Positions 1-13,227 are shown, counted from the first letter of the whole stretch. The stretch: DNA of 54,929 nucleotides, filler included, from Ionaspis alba (GCA_964255285.1; 4 parts of 4 records of this genome joined end to end with filler, not necessarily neighbours in it); one strand, 5' to 3'. Notes: generated by a model from the letters alone, not told the origin. Made by a program: numbers and translations.

Positions 1-950
1 ACCCCGAATACTGCTCATGCGCCATCCCACTCTCCTGTCCCCCATAGTTCGACATAGGCTCATACCTCGTACTCCCCGAGGGCGCATACGCCGAATAAGC
101 CGGCTGGGGATACGAATTCCCTCCACTGCCCCATTCACCACCTCCATACCCACCCTGATTACGTGGCGGGCCATACGGATTCCCCAGATCGCCACCATTG
201 TAGACACCGTGTTGCTGATACGGCGCCACGGGGGACGTGGGGGACTGGGGATGGCCGTACCCGCCGTGGGGCGTAGGTGCTTGATTCGCGAGCATGGGAG
301 CTGTTTGATCGTGTACCGGATCCAGACGCCCGAGCTCGACGTCGTCGTCTTTATGGTCGTCCAGGACTTTCCGCGAACCGGCATTATCCCAGCTGGGCAT
401 AGCGGGCAACGCATCCTCATTCACGCCTTTCTTCCCAGTCTCGAACTGCGCGAACTGCGCCGGCGGAGGGGGTGCGGAGTTATACCCATGTGGCGCGACG
501 GGACTAGGTTGGTAGCCCTGGTACGGTGAGGGCTGGGGATTATAGTTCTGGTAAGGGGGAGGTTGGTAGTGTGCCGGCGGATCCGCGTATTTAGGTTCGC
601 GGGAGTGGCCTCGTCGGCGGGGAGAGGGACAGCAGGCGTTGCAGCAGGAGAAGCATGCACAGCAGCATTCGGCGCCGCAGCAGAGGCAGCGGAAGAGGCA
701 GGTGAGGAGGGAGAGGAGGATGAGGGAGCCGATTATGATGCCGATGATGGCGGGCCATCTGTTTGGGAAAAGGAAAGATAAGTAAGCGCGTTGAGGAGGG
801 AAGGAGGGAGGAGGAGAATGGAGGGGATGGGGTAACGAACTTGCAGTAGGCTTTGGACATGCAGTTGTCCCAGCTGGAGAAGGTGTTAGGAACGCCGGCG
901 ATGTCCTGGGTTATGCCTTGCCGGGGCCAGACCGATGGTGAGGGAGCCAT
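1..950 (-). CDS. Conserved fungal single-pass membrane protein with Cys-rich juxtamembrane tract and Pro/Tyr/Gly-rich tail (often labelled 'fibroin-3-related'); 3' end runs off the window
   Basis: ATG at 950 (MAPSPSVWPRQ...FSSWDNCMSKAYCK). GT-AG intron 759-840. Exon 2 reads WPAIIGIIIGSLILLSLLTCLFRCLCCGAECCCACFSCCNACCPSP...NEDALPAMPSW and stays open to base 1. Confidence 0.75.
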
Positions 951-1792
951 GATGTCGAAATGTGCTGCAAGGTTTGCGTCTTCAGGATGGTTCTGGCCAG
1001 TGGGGGCAGAAGCGGAAAGTGCGAAGTCGCCCTCTGTATTGTGACAGTTCAAGCAGAAGTACAATATGGAGTTGTTGAAAGGTAAAGGAAAGTGAAGATA
1101 GATATATCTTTGTCACTTTTCACCTCCCAGCACACATCTTGCGAGTTGTAGGTAGGAAGGGAAGAAAGAAAGAAAGGTGACTATTTTGCGTAGAAGTTGA
1201 CCAGTTTCGCAACGGTTTCTTGTGAGAAGAAAAGGTGGTCCGCGCGGTCAATCGTATGCTTGATCGGCAGGGGGGCGGGCAGTGTTTCGGATTCGCCCTA
1301 AGCTCCAGCATGTGGCTGTGTGGCTGTGCACATTGCGGAAAGCCGCATCTAAAAATAACAATTCCATTCTCACAAGGGAAAGGCAAGCCAAGCAAGCCGT
1401 AGACCTTTATTCACAGTTCATATGTCTCTATTAATTCACCCAAGAAGTTTTGGTTCCTATTCTAATCAGATTCTCACTCTGCTTATGGAAGTGAGGCATA
1501 AGCAACCACATACCAAGGACAGCCTCAATGATGTGAAAATACCTCAATTGAGAAAAGCCTCGCTAAAATCCTGGCCCGATAATGATAAAGCAGACATAGA
1601 TCCAATGCAGCCTCATAACAGCATTTCTCATACATGCCACCCTTCCCACCTTTCCCAAGAAGGCATCCAAAGGGCCAAAGCCAAGAAAATCATCGTGCCC
1701 CCGCCAACGCCACGCTTTACAAGTAACAAAACGATTGGGGAGCTAGAAAAAAGTTCAAAATACAATGAGAATAGCGTAGTGGAACCATCTCA

Positions 1793-4700
1793 TCACGCTT
1801 GACCCATCTCGAGTCCATCCTGCGCTTTGTATGCCTTCAGCTCCCCCATCTGCGTAGCGAGCTCTTCCAAGATCTTGCCAATGGGCGTGGCTTGCTCTAA
1901 GATACTGCGGCCACGAACGAATGGCCGAACCATGTTCCGGATCGCGAGAGTGGTTATGCAAGTCTAAGTCAAGGTTAGCGAGTCCTTCCAACTGCATTTT
2001 GACAAACTTACCTCAATTCGTGAGACTTGATGCTCGATAAAGTTGAGCAAGAAACGATCCGTGACCTCCCCTCCCCTATTCTTCAACCGCTCCAACATTG
2101 CTGTTTCAGGCGCCTTGAGTATAGTAGCACCAGCATGTTCAAGTGAGCTGCAAATCATCTCAAGCCGTAGACTGACATTCCACAAATCCCATACAGCCTG
2201 CGTCTCAATATTGAGCTGACTGTCCTTGGTAGTGCTGGCAGGCATGTTAGCTGCAGAAGCAGCCTCAGCATCCGCCAGTTGCTGTTGAGCGATCAAACGG
2301 CCGGCAAGCGAGTGCGGGTACATCAAATAGATGAATTCAGGGTTCTCCAATCCCTTCAACTTCCGCTCACCCAAATCTTTGACCTCGAAACCCTGCGTAC
2401 TCAATGCTCGAAGATCGCGGCGTATGGCTTGGCTGATCATATCATCATTGAGAGTATCTTCAGACCCAGTGGAGTTTGAGCGATCGGTCTCGGAATATGT
2501 CTCCAATGTTCGCTGAATCTCTGCGATGAAGTCGGAAGACACTGTGATTTGTCCTCCGTCGGCAATGGCCGAAATACGAGCAGCGCGGTTCACCATCGGA
2601 CCAAAGTAATCCATACGTCGCGTTACTGGATCTGTTTCACACACAGGGTTTCCCCAGTGGGCACCCATTCGTACGGACAGACCTCTGAAGATGACATTCT
2701 GGTCGGCGTCAAGTACCTCCTGCCCGTTGATACTCTCTAGGATCTCGGTAGGCCAGGGAGCGGTTAGGAGATGGCTTTGCATGGAAAAGCACCAAAGTAG
2801 AGCCGATGTTGCCGTGGGGAACGCCACCATGAATGCATCACCTTCAGTCTTGACTTCATAGCCACCGATGATCCTGAGCTGTCGACGCATGAGGTCGTTA
2901 TGTATCTTGATCGCAGACCTCATGGCCACAGGAAACGTCTCCCAAAGTACAGTGGAGTTCTTGATATCAGTAAAGACCAAGCTGAGCTCGCCTGTTGGCG
3001 GTTCCACTTCCTGATCCAACCGTGCAAGCGTAGAATCATCTGGCGCGTCACGTCCTCTCTTTCCACGCCTGGAAAATATCTGATCGTCCTGCATTGATGA
3101 GGGACCCATAGAAAGTGATTGCCCTCGATAGCGACTGCGTTCCCGCCTCTTCAGATCGCTGACACCGATCATCATGACCGTAATCTTTCCATTTGCGCCA
3201 AAGGCCATAGCCAGATCTCGCAGCTTTTGGGAAGCACGCATGAGATCCCCTCTTTCTGATCGAGCAATATCCACCACGACATCGGGAGTGACAAAATCCC
3301 ACAGCTCCCTTGATGCAACAAGGACCATCTCGTCCGTCTCCTTGAGAGTGACCTGCATGAGGTGTGGAGCTGCCATCACAGCCGGCATCATCTGGAAGTA
3401 TCCAAAAGCACGCGATACGGTGAGAAGGTCGTTGAGCTTGCCATGTCTGGAGACATAGCCACCAGCATTGCGGATTCTTTCGCGTTCCCTGCTCTCCGCT
3501 GGATCGTGCTTTCGTGTCAGAACCTTAAAGCTACCATCCGAGTGCATGAGCATCGCCTGTGCATCTCCCACATTGGCAACAAAGAGCTCCATATTATCGA
3601 GAAACAAGACCGTTGCGACCGCGCCAGAATTGAGGTCATCTGCACTCAAAGCCTGTGGAGCCATCGAGCCTCTATGCGCCAGTTTCGGAACCCTGTGCTC
3701 CCTTTCGTCCAACGTCTGACTTGCTACAGTCGCTAGATCCTTATTCAGGGCGAGGAATGTCCTTCTCAATGCATCCCCGGCGTTTTCTTCGGGTACTCTG
3801 AGTCTACTGAGTTCTTCCGCAAAGATGTCCCGAAAGTTTTCATGAAGATATTTGGCGACTTTTGAGCCACCACTCGACAATGCCTGGCCATCAAACATGC
3901 CTAGCAACGTTTCTGTGTCATGACCGCGGAATCTCGGGACTAGCATGTCGATAGTGGACAGATGCTCCTGCTTCCCAAGACTGTCAGCCATGCCGTAGGC
4001 CATACTTCCAGCTGCTGAGCCCGAGGTCCGTATTCTTCGATCCTCCGTCTGCTCTGGTACAGATGGAATGGTCAGTGTGACGTCCATCAGGCCAAGCACG
4101 CGCAGATGCTGAAGAGAATTGAAGTTCGTGAGATCGGTTCCTTCCCTGTTACTATTGGCGAAGGAGGTACTCGGCTTGATTTCGAGTCGTTTGTTCCCCG
4201 AAAAGTTCAAATACTTGAGATTCCTGTTCCAGTTCCAGTTCCAATCATAGGGCCAGTTGGAAACGTTGTATTTGAGCAGATTGCTTCCTACGTCCAAGAT
4301 CGCCAGCTTCTGTACTTTGCGGAGTTCTGCAGGCAGGACTTGAAACTTGTTGCCGTTGATGTGTAGTATCTTCAGAGAGCTTATCTCCTCGAGATCATCC
4401 GCCGGCAGGGATGTCAATTCGTTTCCGGAGACATACAGCTCGTGCAGGTGCGGGAACCGTCTTAGTACACGCTGAGGTATATCGTCGAGGTAATTATAGG
4501 ATAAGTTGAGCACTCGAAGCTCTTGCAAAAGGGTCAACTCGCCGAAGACTTCATCATCGAGCCGATTGTCAGCCAAATACAAATGGCGAAGACTAGTAGC
4601 AAATGTCATAGTGAGTCTTGATGTGAAAGCCGAGTCCTTCCTCAAAAGCGGCGCCATTGTGGTTTCGGTTGGAGTTCTTGATATGACCGAGGCTTTTCTT

Positions 4701-7700
4701 CCTCCAGGACCGTACACAGAGACAATGGATCCCTTCCTTGTAGAACCAACTGGAGAACTTCCAACGCTCAAAAGGCCACTCGACGCTTGACTTGGCCTTC
4801 TGTGACCGAAGTCCTCGAGCTTACCAACTTCTTCGTGTATTGAACTCGCTGGTGTGAGGGTGGATGTGCCATTTGACGAAACCGACCCATCAGGATTGGG
4901 AGCTTGCAGCGTCGGGGTTGGCTTGGGAAAGCTTTCCAGCACATTGGATGAGACATTGAGGGTGTCGAGGCTCATGCAACACCAGATCTCGACGGGGAGC
5001 TTCTTCAAGTTACACTCTCGCACATCTAGGAATCGGAGTTCTTGGAGGCATCCTATCGTAGGAGGAAGATTACACAGCGGATTCTTCGCCATACTGAAAT
5101 ACTCGAGCTTCTTGAGTTTTCCGATCTGGTTTGAGATGTTTACAAAATGGTTCTTGTCCAGATTGAGTTTCCCAAGATTGGGTATTCGTTCGAATAGCGC
5201 GTCATCCAGCTGCGCTATCTTAGCAGATGCGATGTTTAAGGAAGTCAACGAAGGCAAGGGCGCCTTGAGGTCGAATCGCGTGATCGGATTGTGGTCCACA
5301 TGGCAAGTTCGAAGCTTGGAGAACGTCCCTTCAAATTTCGATACAGCATTATGACCAGCCATTAACTGTTCTAGCCGAGGCAATTCTGCAAGAACGTTGA
5401 TGTTGCTCAATGAATTGAAACGAACGTCAACCTCTTTGAGGTTATGCAAATCCCGGAAGTCTTCTGGAAAGCAGCCAGAGAGCTTGTTGTTGGTCGCCCA
5501 CAGCCGTTCGAGCGTGGTTAACCGACCTATGGAGGGCAAGGCTTCGATAGAGTTGAAGCTCATGTCAAGGTCGACCAGAGCCTTTAGATCACAAACGAAG
5601 TCGGGAAAAACCTTGAAGTAATTCGACGACATATTGAGGCTTCGCAATTGCGTGAATTGACCAAAGTACGTTGGCAGTTGAGAAAGCTTGTTATTGGACA
5701 ACTTGATGCTAGCGAGATTTTGTAGTTTCCCGAGATCTGCATGATCGAGCTGCTCCAAGCGGTTGTTTGAGAGGTCCAAAACAGTAAGTCGTGATGCTAA
5801 GCTTATACTTGGAGGAAGCTGCCACGCCTCGTTGCTGGTATATCTGATCACTTGGAGATTGATACAGCTTTGAATGAAGTCCTTTGGGACATCGAGTGAC
5901 AGGTTGCGCGAAAGGTTGAGAGATACGATCTCAGTGGCTTTCTTGTACAGGACGATAGGTATGGTGACCAGATTACGGCCTTGCAAGTCGATATGACTAA
6001 ACTTCGTCAAATTCCCGAAGCCGGGATCCTTGTCTAAGCTGTTGAAGCCACTGAGCTTAGTTGGTACGAAGGTGAACCGGCAGAGATAACTATTGTCCTC
6101 ACGACCAATTTCTTCTATGCGGTCAGTATCTCCATATCCGGCTTGCTCGAGTAACCGTTTTTGTATCACGATAGGTCTTTCACCAGGCGCCAGCTGCCTC
6201 TGTAAGTCGTGTTTCTTCATAAGGATCTGGTAATTATTGAGCTCGTCCTGTAGAAATGATTTCTTCCCAAGAATCTGTAGAATTTCCGAAACAGTGGTAT
6301 TGACGTTTGTAGATAGAGTAGCGAAGGTTGAGTCAATTCGGAAGACCCGGACGCAATAAGGGACACCGTTGTCCTCGGCTCTCGGCGCTATACCGGCTTC
6401 GTCAATCTCTCCAAGTCTAGCCATGTTCTCGTCTTCAATCTTCTGTACAGCCCAGGAATCTGGCGCATCCCATGCTCCAGGCCCAGTGTTCATTGGAGTG
6501 TCCCAGGCATCCTTTTGGGTTTCTTCCTTGATGGGAAATCCAGTGAATGCACCACCTGGAGGCGGTGTTGGTGGAGGAGGTGCACTGACGATGCCTTCCA
6601 TATGGTTGAGATCCAGATCCAGTCCCCAATACGAACCATCGACGGTTGAGCCGCTTCGGGTTTTGCCAGTCTCTTTCGCGCTCGATGGCTCATGACCAAA
6701 TCCTCTTCGTGTGGGGGTCGGGAATTTACCGTGACCATGTAGCAATTTGACTTTGCTTTCTTTTCGGTGAGACATGGAAGAATCACTTTGCGCTGTATCG
6801 TTGGGTCGAAGGGTAGCACCGCTGTCGGTAGTTGCTGCGCTTCCTTCCCGAACCCTCCTCGCTGGTATCGGGTCTAGTTTTATGACTTTATTCTGCATTA
6901 TTGAAGGATCCTGTAACGACCTTGTGGAGCCGGGAAGGCTCTTGAGAGAGTCCGTGCCACCTTTTTCCCCTTTCACCCTTCGAATCTTGTCAAAAATTGA
7001 ACGTTTTGCGCTCGTTGAGCCGTCAGCTGGCGATCTTTGTGTGTTGGCGCTACTGGCACTTGGACATGGACTTGTAGCACGGAGGGCAGCAGTGCTGCGA
7101 GATGTCATCGGAGTCTGAGGTACAGAGGTGATATCTCTGGGAGTCCGACCGCCGGTCAATGGCTCGTCTCTACTTGTCGCAGGCCGAGGCGGATAGCCAT
7201 TCATTTGATCTCTAGGTGACGTTTTCGAGCCCTCCTCTTTACTCCGAGTGTGTCGGTGGCCAGGAAAATGAAAACGATGCAAATGATGACCAGCACTGGC
7301 GGGTGATTGGTTGTCATTCTCGTAACGTTGTTTATCGGGACCAGATGGTGCTTGCCGAACTGGCGCATCGCCATATTGAGGGATGTCCTGTAGATTTAGA
7401 TCAGCGCCTGATATTAGAAGAGAGTTCAGGAAGTTGCGATGTTGTGGAAGATTCAAGTGACGACGATCAACAACATTTTGCATTTTTTTAGACATTCGAC
7501 GAAAGCTTCATGTGTATCTCTGAGTCGAACATAGCGATGCTACGGAAATGAAGCTTAAGGACTCTAAGAGCAAGGAATTGCGGACCTGAACGAGCTCTGT
7601 TCGAATTTCGACAGGACGCAGCCTTGTGAATTTCAAGAAACTTCGCATGACGCCTTGCTGTTTGTAGCAATGAATGTGCTGAGTATCATACAGAAAGTGC

Positions 7701-8966
7701 GCAAAGCTCATATCGAGGGGATTCGATGGAGCGTGACTTGCGGAAAGCGACAGCAGCAGTGCATGATTGCGTGGTACAGGCAGAATGAAAAGTCGACCTC
7801 ACCTTGAAATCTTGGAACAACCAAGGTGTAACATCACTGGATGGCAGAGGAGTTCGAGGCCTGGAAGAAGACGGAGATGCCGGCCTTGTATCTGCGTTAT
7901 TTGTCTGGACTGAATTGTTTCTTGTCCTCAAGCGAGGCCTGCTACCAGTGCTGGCAACATTTGTGTCAGACCCCTGCTGGGAATTTTTGCCATCGATATC
8001 TTCACCGAAGAAACCTGCGAGCTTCTTCCTGTATGAGTTTTTGTTTCCTCCGACCTTGAAACTCGAATCTTGGCTACCAACGGTCGTCGCGCTAGCAACA
8101 GACGGTCGTCGGTCGTCATCCCGCCATGGAGCCTCTAGCGACTCGCTGGTATCCGTCCGAGCTGTATCCGGCCGAAACCCGGGAGAATTTGGAGGATCGT
8201 CGTTACTGTCGTCGAAAAAGCTTCGGGAAGGTGGGAGCAAAGCAGTCGAAGGCATGTTAGAAGAGGTATCGGTCGCCCAGGGAGCTACCTGAGCCATCGG
8301 AGCGGAGGGAGGGTCTTTGGAGATGGTGGGTATGTTCTCTCCGGGTTGCTCAAGTGCTCCGAGCTCTTTTCGATAATTGCGGAATGTTCCAGTCGCTCCA
8401 CTTCGGGTCTTCGAAGGCGCTTCGTGTTTCGTCGAGAAGTAATTCGGCTCAGACAGATTGACTGTCCCGGGTGAGACTGGAGAATCATCTTCGAATCTGC
8501 ACAATAATGCAATCAGCCATTAGTGGAGATGCTCCCATATTGCTAACAATGAAACACAATCCAGATGGTTCTGCAGCGACGCCAATGCGGGGTCTCGGAA
8601 AGCTGCAACTACCCTTCGTGCAATTCAGTAGAACATTAACACCAGAGACTCTTTCTCCAATGGCCAAGAGGTTAAGAGCTCGTCGCGGTCCACCAGCTCT
8701 GCCTCTGAACAAGCGGTCACAAGATGTCAAGAGCTCAAAGGAAGTGCCAGATGAGCATCTCCTGGATTCAGAGCTGCCGAGTATACTTTGTGATCCTTTG
8801 AATCTAATAAAGAATCGACTCACATATGTTTCTTCGGTCCCCAAGTCTGCAGCAATCCTCCTCTCGTCTCCCTTCCACCAGCGCTCTTAGGAGTCGGCTG
8901 CGAACCCCGACCGCCATGACCAGAACCCTCGGACGTATATCTCGACGAAGCCTCTCTTTTCGTCAT
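1793..8966 (-). CDS. CYR1: Adenylate cyclase (Ras-association domain, LRRs, PP2C-like domain, class III cyclase domain)
   Basis: 1843-aa ORF contains VRVFRIDSTFATLS (RA domain), many LRRs, NWPYDWNWNWN, a PP2C-like region (FDGQ, VANVGDAQA) and catalytic motifs VFTDIKNST, YEVKTEGDAFMVAF and MDYFGPMVNRAARI. Introns 7388-7802 (PWLFQDFK|DIPQYG) and 1964-2011. Last exon ends with TGA at 1793-1795. The start at 8966 (MTKREASSR) and exons upstream of ~8500 are tentative. Confidence 0.97.
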
Positions 8967-9305
8967 CGCGACAATTGCACGACTTCACCTGCAACGCGCT
9001 GTTGGGAGGAGGTCGCAGTCGCCCGAGTCCGGCGAGTCTGGCCCTTCAGTCCGCCACAAAGCACAATCCGCAAGGCGACGCTAGGCGAGGAGCCAGCCGA
9101 GCGGAGGAGGCTTGGAAAGGTGGCATGGGAGCTTGACAGTCGATTGCGAATCAGCAGGTAGTAATTGCGATAGGGATGATCCAAAAGACAACAGACTTAT
9201 ATGGACTGATGAAGATATTGGGTTATCAAGATGTGTGAGGATCATCGACGGCATGGGGGTGGTTGGATTTTTGGGCCGCGGAACGCCTCGAAGCTCTCCC
9301 ACCGA

Positions 9306-9405
9306 NNNNNNNNNNNNNNNNNNNNNNNNNNNNNNNNNNNNNNNNNNNNNNNNNNNNNNNNNNNNNNNNNNNNNNNNNNNNNNNNNNNNNNNNNNNNNNN
9401 NNNNN
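9306..9405. other. Assembly gap (100 N)
   Basis: Run of N. Confidence 0.99.
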
Positions 9406-10014
9406 TGAACATGAAGAATGTGCTAAAGCCAGGCAGTAGCCACTAACCGCCGCTTGGCTGCGCTCTTTTCAGCCCCTGTTATATATGATACTCGAACGTA
9501 CTTGTGGAATCGTAAGCATCACTACGTATCAAATCGCAAGGCACGAGGATATGACGAATCCTGCACAAGCCCGGATGAGATCCTCTTCTCTCATGAATGG
9601 TGCATTAGAAGCCATTGGTAATGACAAATTAGGTTTTGACTTGTGCAGTAATGACTATCTTTTGCACAACGACGATCTTGACAAGGAGAACAGTGAATTG
9701 TGAAGAAGAGACAGAACTATAGGAAGCAAAGCATATGATAGTAATAAAAATGACCCGGGACTGTGCAGGATTTGATGTTCAGACCAGACGCAGTCGATGA
9801 TGCAGGGATAACATGGATGACTCGTCATGTTAAGACTTGTTTCTGTGGTTGATCTCTTCATGGCCCAGAAAGGTCAAAGTCTAGAGTGTGAAGCACAGGC
9901 TAAAAGGAAGAATGGAAAATCAGAAAAGGGCTGAACACGGAAACAGGACTGTAACATAGTATGATGCGAGAATCTGGCCAGAAGCTGGGTATCACAATTT
10001 TCATGAGTTTTGGT

Positions 10015-11397
10015 TCATGGCTCATTGGACTTGATATTGAGTTGGTCTATCGCCGCCTCCGCTCCCGAAGCGAGGTTGACCTCATTCTTCCTCTTTCCCT
10101 CGACATGCCCGTCTGGTTTCGATTCGACCCCCTTCGCAGCACCAGGTCCAGCTCCAGGATGTCTACTTCCCTTATCTTTGACCTTCTTCTCCTTCTTCTT
10201 GACTTCTGGCGGCGGGTACGCTTTTTGCTCAACCTCTTGCCATTCTTTTGAAGCCTGGAAGTCGGCTTGAATAGGCCTTAGCAATTCAACGAGCGCATCT
10301 GTGACTCCGGATTTGAGTAACTGTGGAGTAAGCTAGACAAAGTTAGCCACAAGCGAATGCCGAACCACGGAACTTCGTGAGCCAGAAGGTTTACCTTATC
10401 AGCCACGTAGTCCGCCTTCAGGCTCTCGATGTCCTCGTAGACCAGCGGCTCTCCTTCACCGGCTCTTCTTTCCACAACGAATCGGCCCTTGCTTCCGGTC
10501 TTCAATCCACTGACGGGTAGAAGAACGTATTCAATAAAACTGATGATACCGTTGCCATCAACCTCTTTAGGAACAGCATAAGCCTTCTTCAGCTTCTTCT
10601 TTACTACCTCAGGAGTGTCCAGCACATCAATTTTTGAATCAGGGTCAGACGCTGACATCTTCCCACCCGCAAGACCGGGTACCATAGGATTCATGAGATG
10701 CGCTCGTTCCTTGTATCCAATTCTTGGCAGTTGTTCAGCAGCTAGCACGAATATCTTCCGTTGATCTACACCTCCAAACTGTACATCAACGCCAAGGTGT
10801 TCTTCGTCCAGCGCTTGCATGAGTGGATAGAGTAGTCCACTCAGTGTAGCGTTCTCGACCTGCTTCACCACCTCAGCTCCGGCCTTTTTCGCGTCATGCT
10901 CGGTGACCACGGAGCTCAGTCTAAACAGGTCCATTGTGTATTTCTCCGTCAATTGGTAAGAGCTTCCCAGTACAAATTCCAGGCGTTCTATGGGTACATT
11001 GATGGATCTGAGGAGAGCGATGACGATGAACCTGTAGTACTCCGCGCGGAACTTAACAAGCTCGATGGGAGCTTTGAGGTTATCCAGGAAGCCATGGATG
11101 TCTGCCAGAAGAATCTTCACGACACATCCTGCGCGCAGGAAGTGGGCGATCTTGAGAATAGGAACGAAGTAGCCGCAGTGTGGTCTTCCTGTGGTAGCAG
11201 TACCTGGAGAACGACAATTCAAGGTCAGTACAGCTACTAGCACGTTCTAGGCTTCTGGATATGCAATTACCCCAATAGATAGAGAGGGGCCTGCCCTGCT
11301 TGACGATCACATCCTCTATGATTTCTGGTTTAAGAATTTCCTGCAGATGGGATTTGATGAGGGCAATCTTATCCTGCGTGCTCAGCTGGTCGTCCAT
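10015..11397 (-). CDS. TYS1: Cytoplasmic tyrosyl-tRNA synthetase
   Basis: YWGTATTGRPHCGY (HIGH-like), YPLMQALDEEHL, QFGGVDQRKIF and KMSAS motifs. Introns 11204-11270 and 10333-10394. ATG at 11397, TGA at 10015-10017. Confidence 0.96.
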
Positions 11398-12063
11398 ACT
11401 GGCACCTTCCCTCCGTACTGAAATTAATGAGGCGATCAAAACAGTACGTATGGAGGGATGGTGAACCAGAAGGAGAGTGGTCAATCAAAAATTTGACAAG
11501 TGCTACACTTGGATGAGCGAGGGGACCCTTGGAAATCGGAGGGTGTGTGTGTGTGGACGCTGTCGGCAAGGGTTGGAGTACCTGATTAGGTTCAGAGTAG
11601 TCTTCGGGGGCCACGGGGGGGCTCAAGATTAAGGGTCGCGTGTGCGAGCTTGACGCAGAGGCCGAGCTATGACGGGCTCGCCTAACCTATCTCTTGGTTC
11701 CCAGTCTAACCACCACACCATATGTGCATCATCCTCCAAACCCGTGCCTCCTGCTTGCATGTCCATGTCTGCGTTTATCAATCCTCCAAGCCTCCGGCCT
11801 TGAAGCCAACACTGCAGCTCATGGTACCAGACCACTTTTGGTTCGACAGACAGGTTTATCGCTTGATCTGCATCGGGACTTATTTCTGTCACTAAATTCA
11901 GCTGCTCCAATGGTACTAGAGCCAGCCATCATGATGCTATGGGTACCCGGACTTCCAATCTATTGTACATGATAAAACCTTCGCGCCCGCCCTCCATTCG
12001 CTATTGATTCTCAATGGAATCGGTTGTACGACTTACCTGCCAAGTTTTGCCACGTTGTGCTCC

Positions 12064-13227
12064 ATGATGGTCGTACCTGCATTTTTTCCGTTGGCTGTTG
12101 CGACCGGTATATTTTATCTTGTTTCTTGTACATATGCGAATTACACTCCATTAAATACGATAGTATACGGTGCTTTCACCAAGACAGCGACCTACTCAAT
12201 TGCCAATGAACTGGGCTTTTTCGCACAGGTCGGCCTCGATGTCAAGTACCAGCAAATCCCTAATTCGACGTTTGGCTATGGGCAGCTTCTCAGCGGTGGC
12301 TACGACGTGGTGACTGGCACCATCGACAATGCCGTCAACTTGCGATTCAACTCCCAAAAGCCAGTCACTGTTCTCGGGCAGCTGGATGGAGGTCCAGATC
12401 TGGTTATCGCATCAGTACCAAGCATAACCAAGGTCCAAGACTTGAAGGGCAAGACCATCATTGTCGACTCCCCCGTCAGTGGCTTCGCCTATATCTTGCG
12501 CAGAGTCCTCAGTCTCTATGGACTGCGTCTTGAGAATGGAGACTACAGCTTTCAGGTATATCCAAATCCTGTCTTTTTCAGGCGAACAGTCCGCTGACCA
12601 TATTTCCAGACTGTTGGCGGCACAAGTATCCGTTATCAGGACCTCCTCGCGGGCATGCTCCCAAACGGTTCCGCCGTCTACGCAACAATCCTCACATATC
12701 CCTTCCCTGCCGAAGCCGCTATCCTTACTACGCCGAACAAACCCAATATACTCGCTCGCATCTCAGACTTCATCCAACCGCTCAGCTCGACTGCCATTAC
12801 AGCCACCGAAGCCTCCCTCGCGGATGCGGCCAAGCGCGCTCTACTCACAAAATTTCTTGGAGCCATGTACGCTGCGAACCACTTCCTTGCGGATCCGAGG
12901 TACAAGGAGTGTTCGATCATTGCGATTGCCAAAACACTCAATATCACAGTGGCTTTGGCTGCTACGGAATACACGGCGGCAATTGATCCTTTGACGGGAG
13001 AAACTTCGTCGCCTGGAGGGGACTTCACAGTCAGCAGACAGGGCTTGTTGAACGTGATCGATGTAAGGGATCAATTTGGTGGGTTTGCCGGGGCGGGACC
13101 AAGTTTCGACTTTGCTGCAGCGATCAAGCCGGGTATGGGCAAGCTGATCGATTACTCTATACGGGATCAGTCCGAAGGATTGATTGGTGGAGTCAGGTTT
13201 GCAAAGAGATATTGCAGGAGTCTGTGA
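12064..13227 (+). CDS. Secreted type-II periplasmic-binding-fold protein, SsuA/NMT1(THI5)-like ABC substrate-binding family
   Basis: Hydrophobic N-terminal signal peptide, then IANELGFFAQVGLDV, LLSGGYDVV and ITKVQDLKGKTIIVDSPVSGFAYILRRVL, typical of SsuA/NMT1-like binding proteins. GT-AG intron 12556-12609 (branch GCTGAC) joins the two ORFs in frame (YSFQ|TVGGTSIRYQDLLAG). Confidence 0.8.

Noticed and set aside
2279..7491. Many + strand ORFs antisense to adenylate cyclase (and similar shadows over other genes)
   Set aside because: Shadow ORFs caused by codon bias of the real gene, with no protein-like motifs.
12031..12039. ACTTACCTG, matching the U1 snRNA 5' end
   Set aside because: No following U1 stem-loops or Sm site were recognised. 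It is simply the reverse complement of a splice-donor consensus.
11570..12063. Possible TPP riboswitch upstream of, or in the intron of, the NMT1/THI5-like gene (e.g. ACCTGATTAGG near 11580)
   Set aside because: The CTGAGA element and the TAAT...GCG P4/P5 signature were not found in the right arrangement, and the 54-nt intron is too short. An Infernal scan with the Rfam TPP model would settle it.
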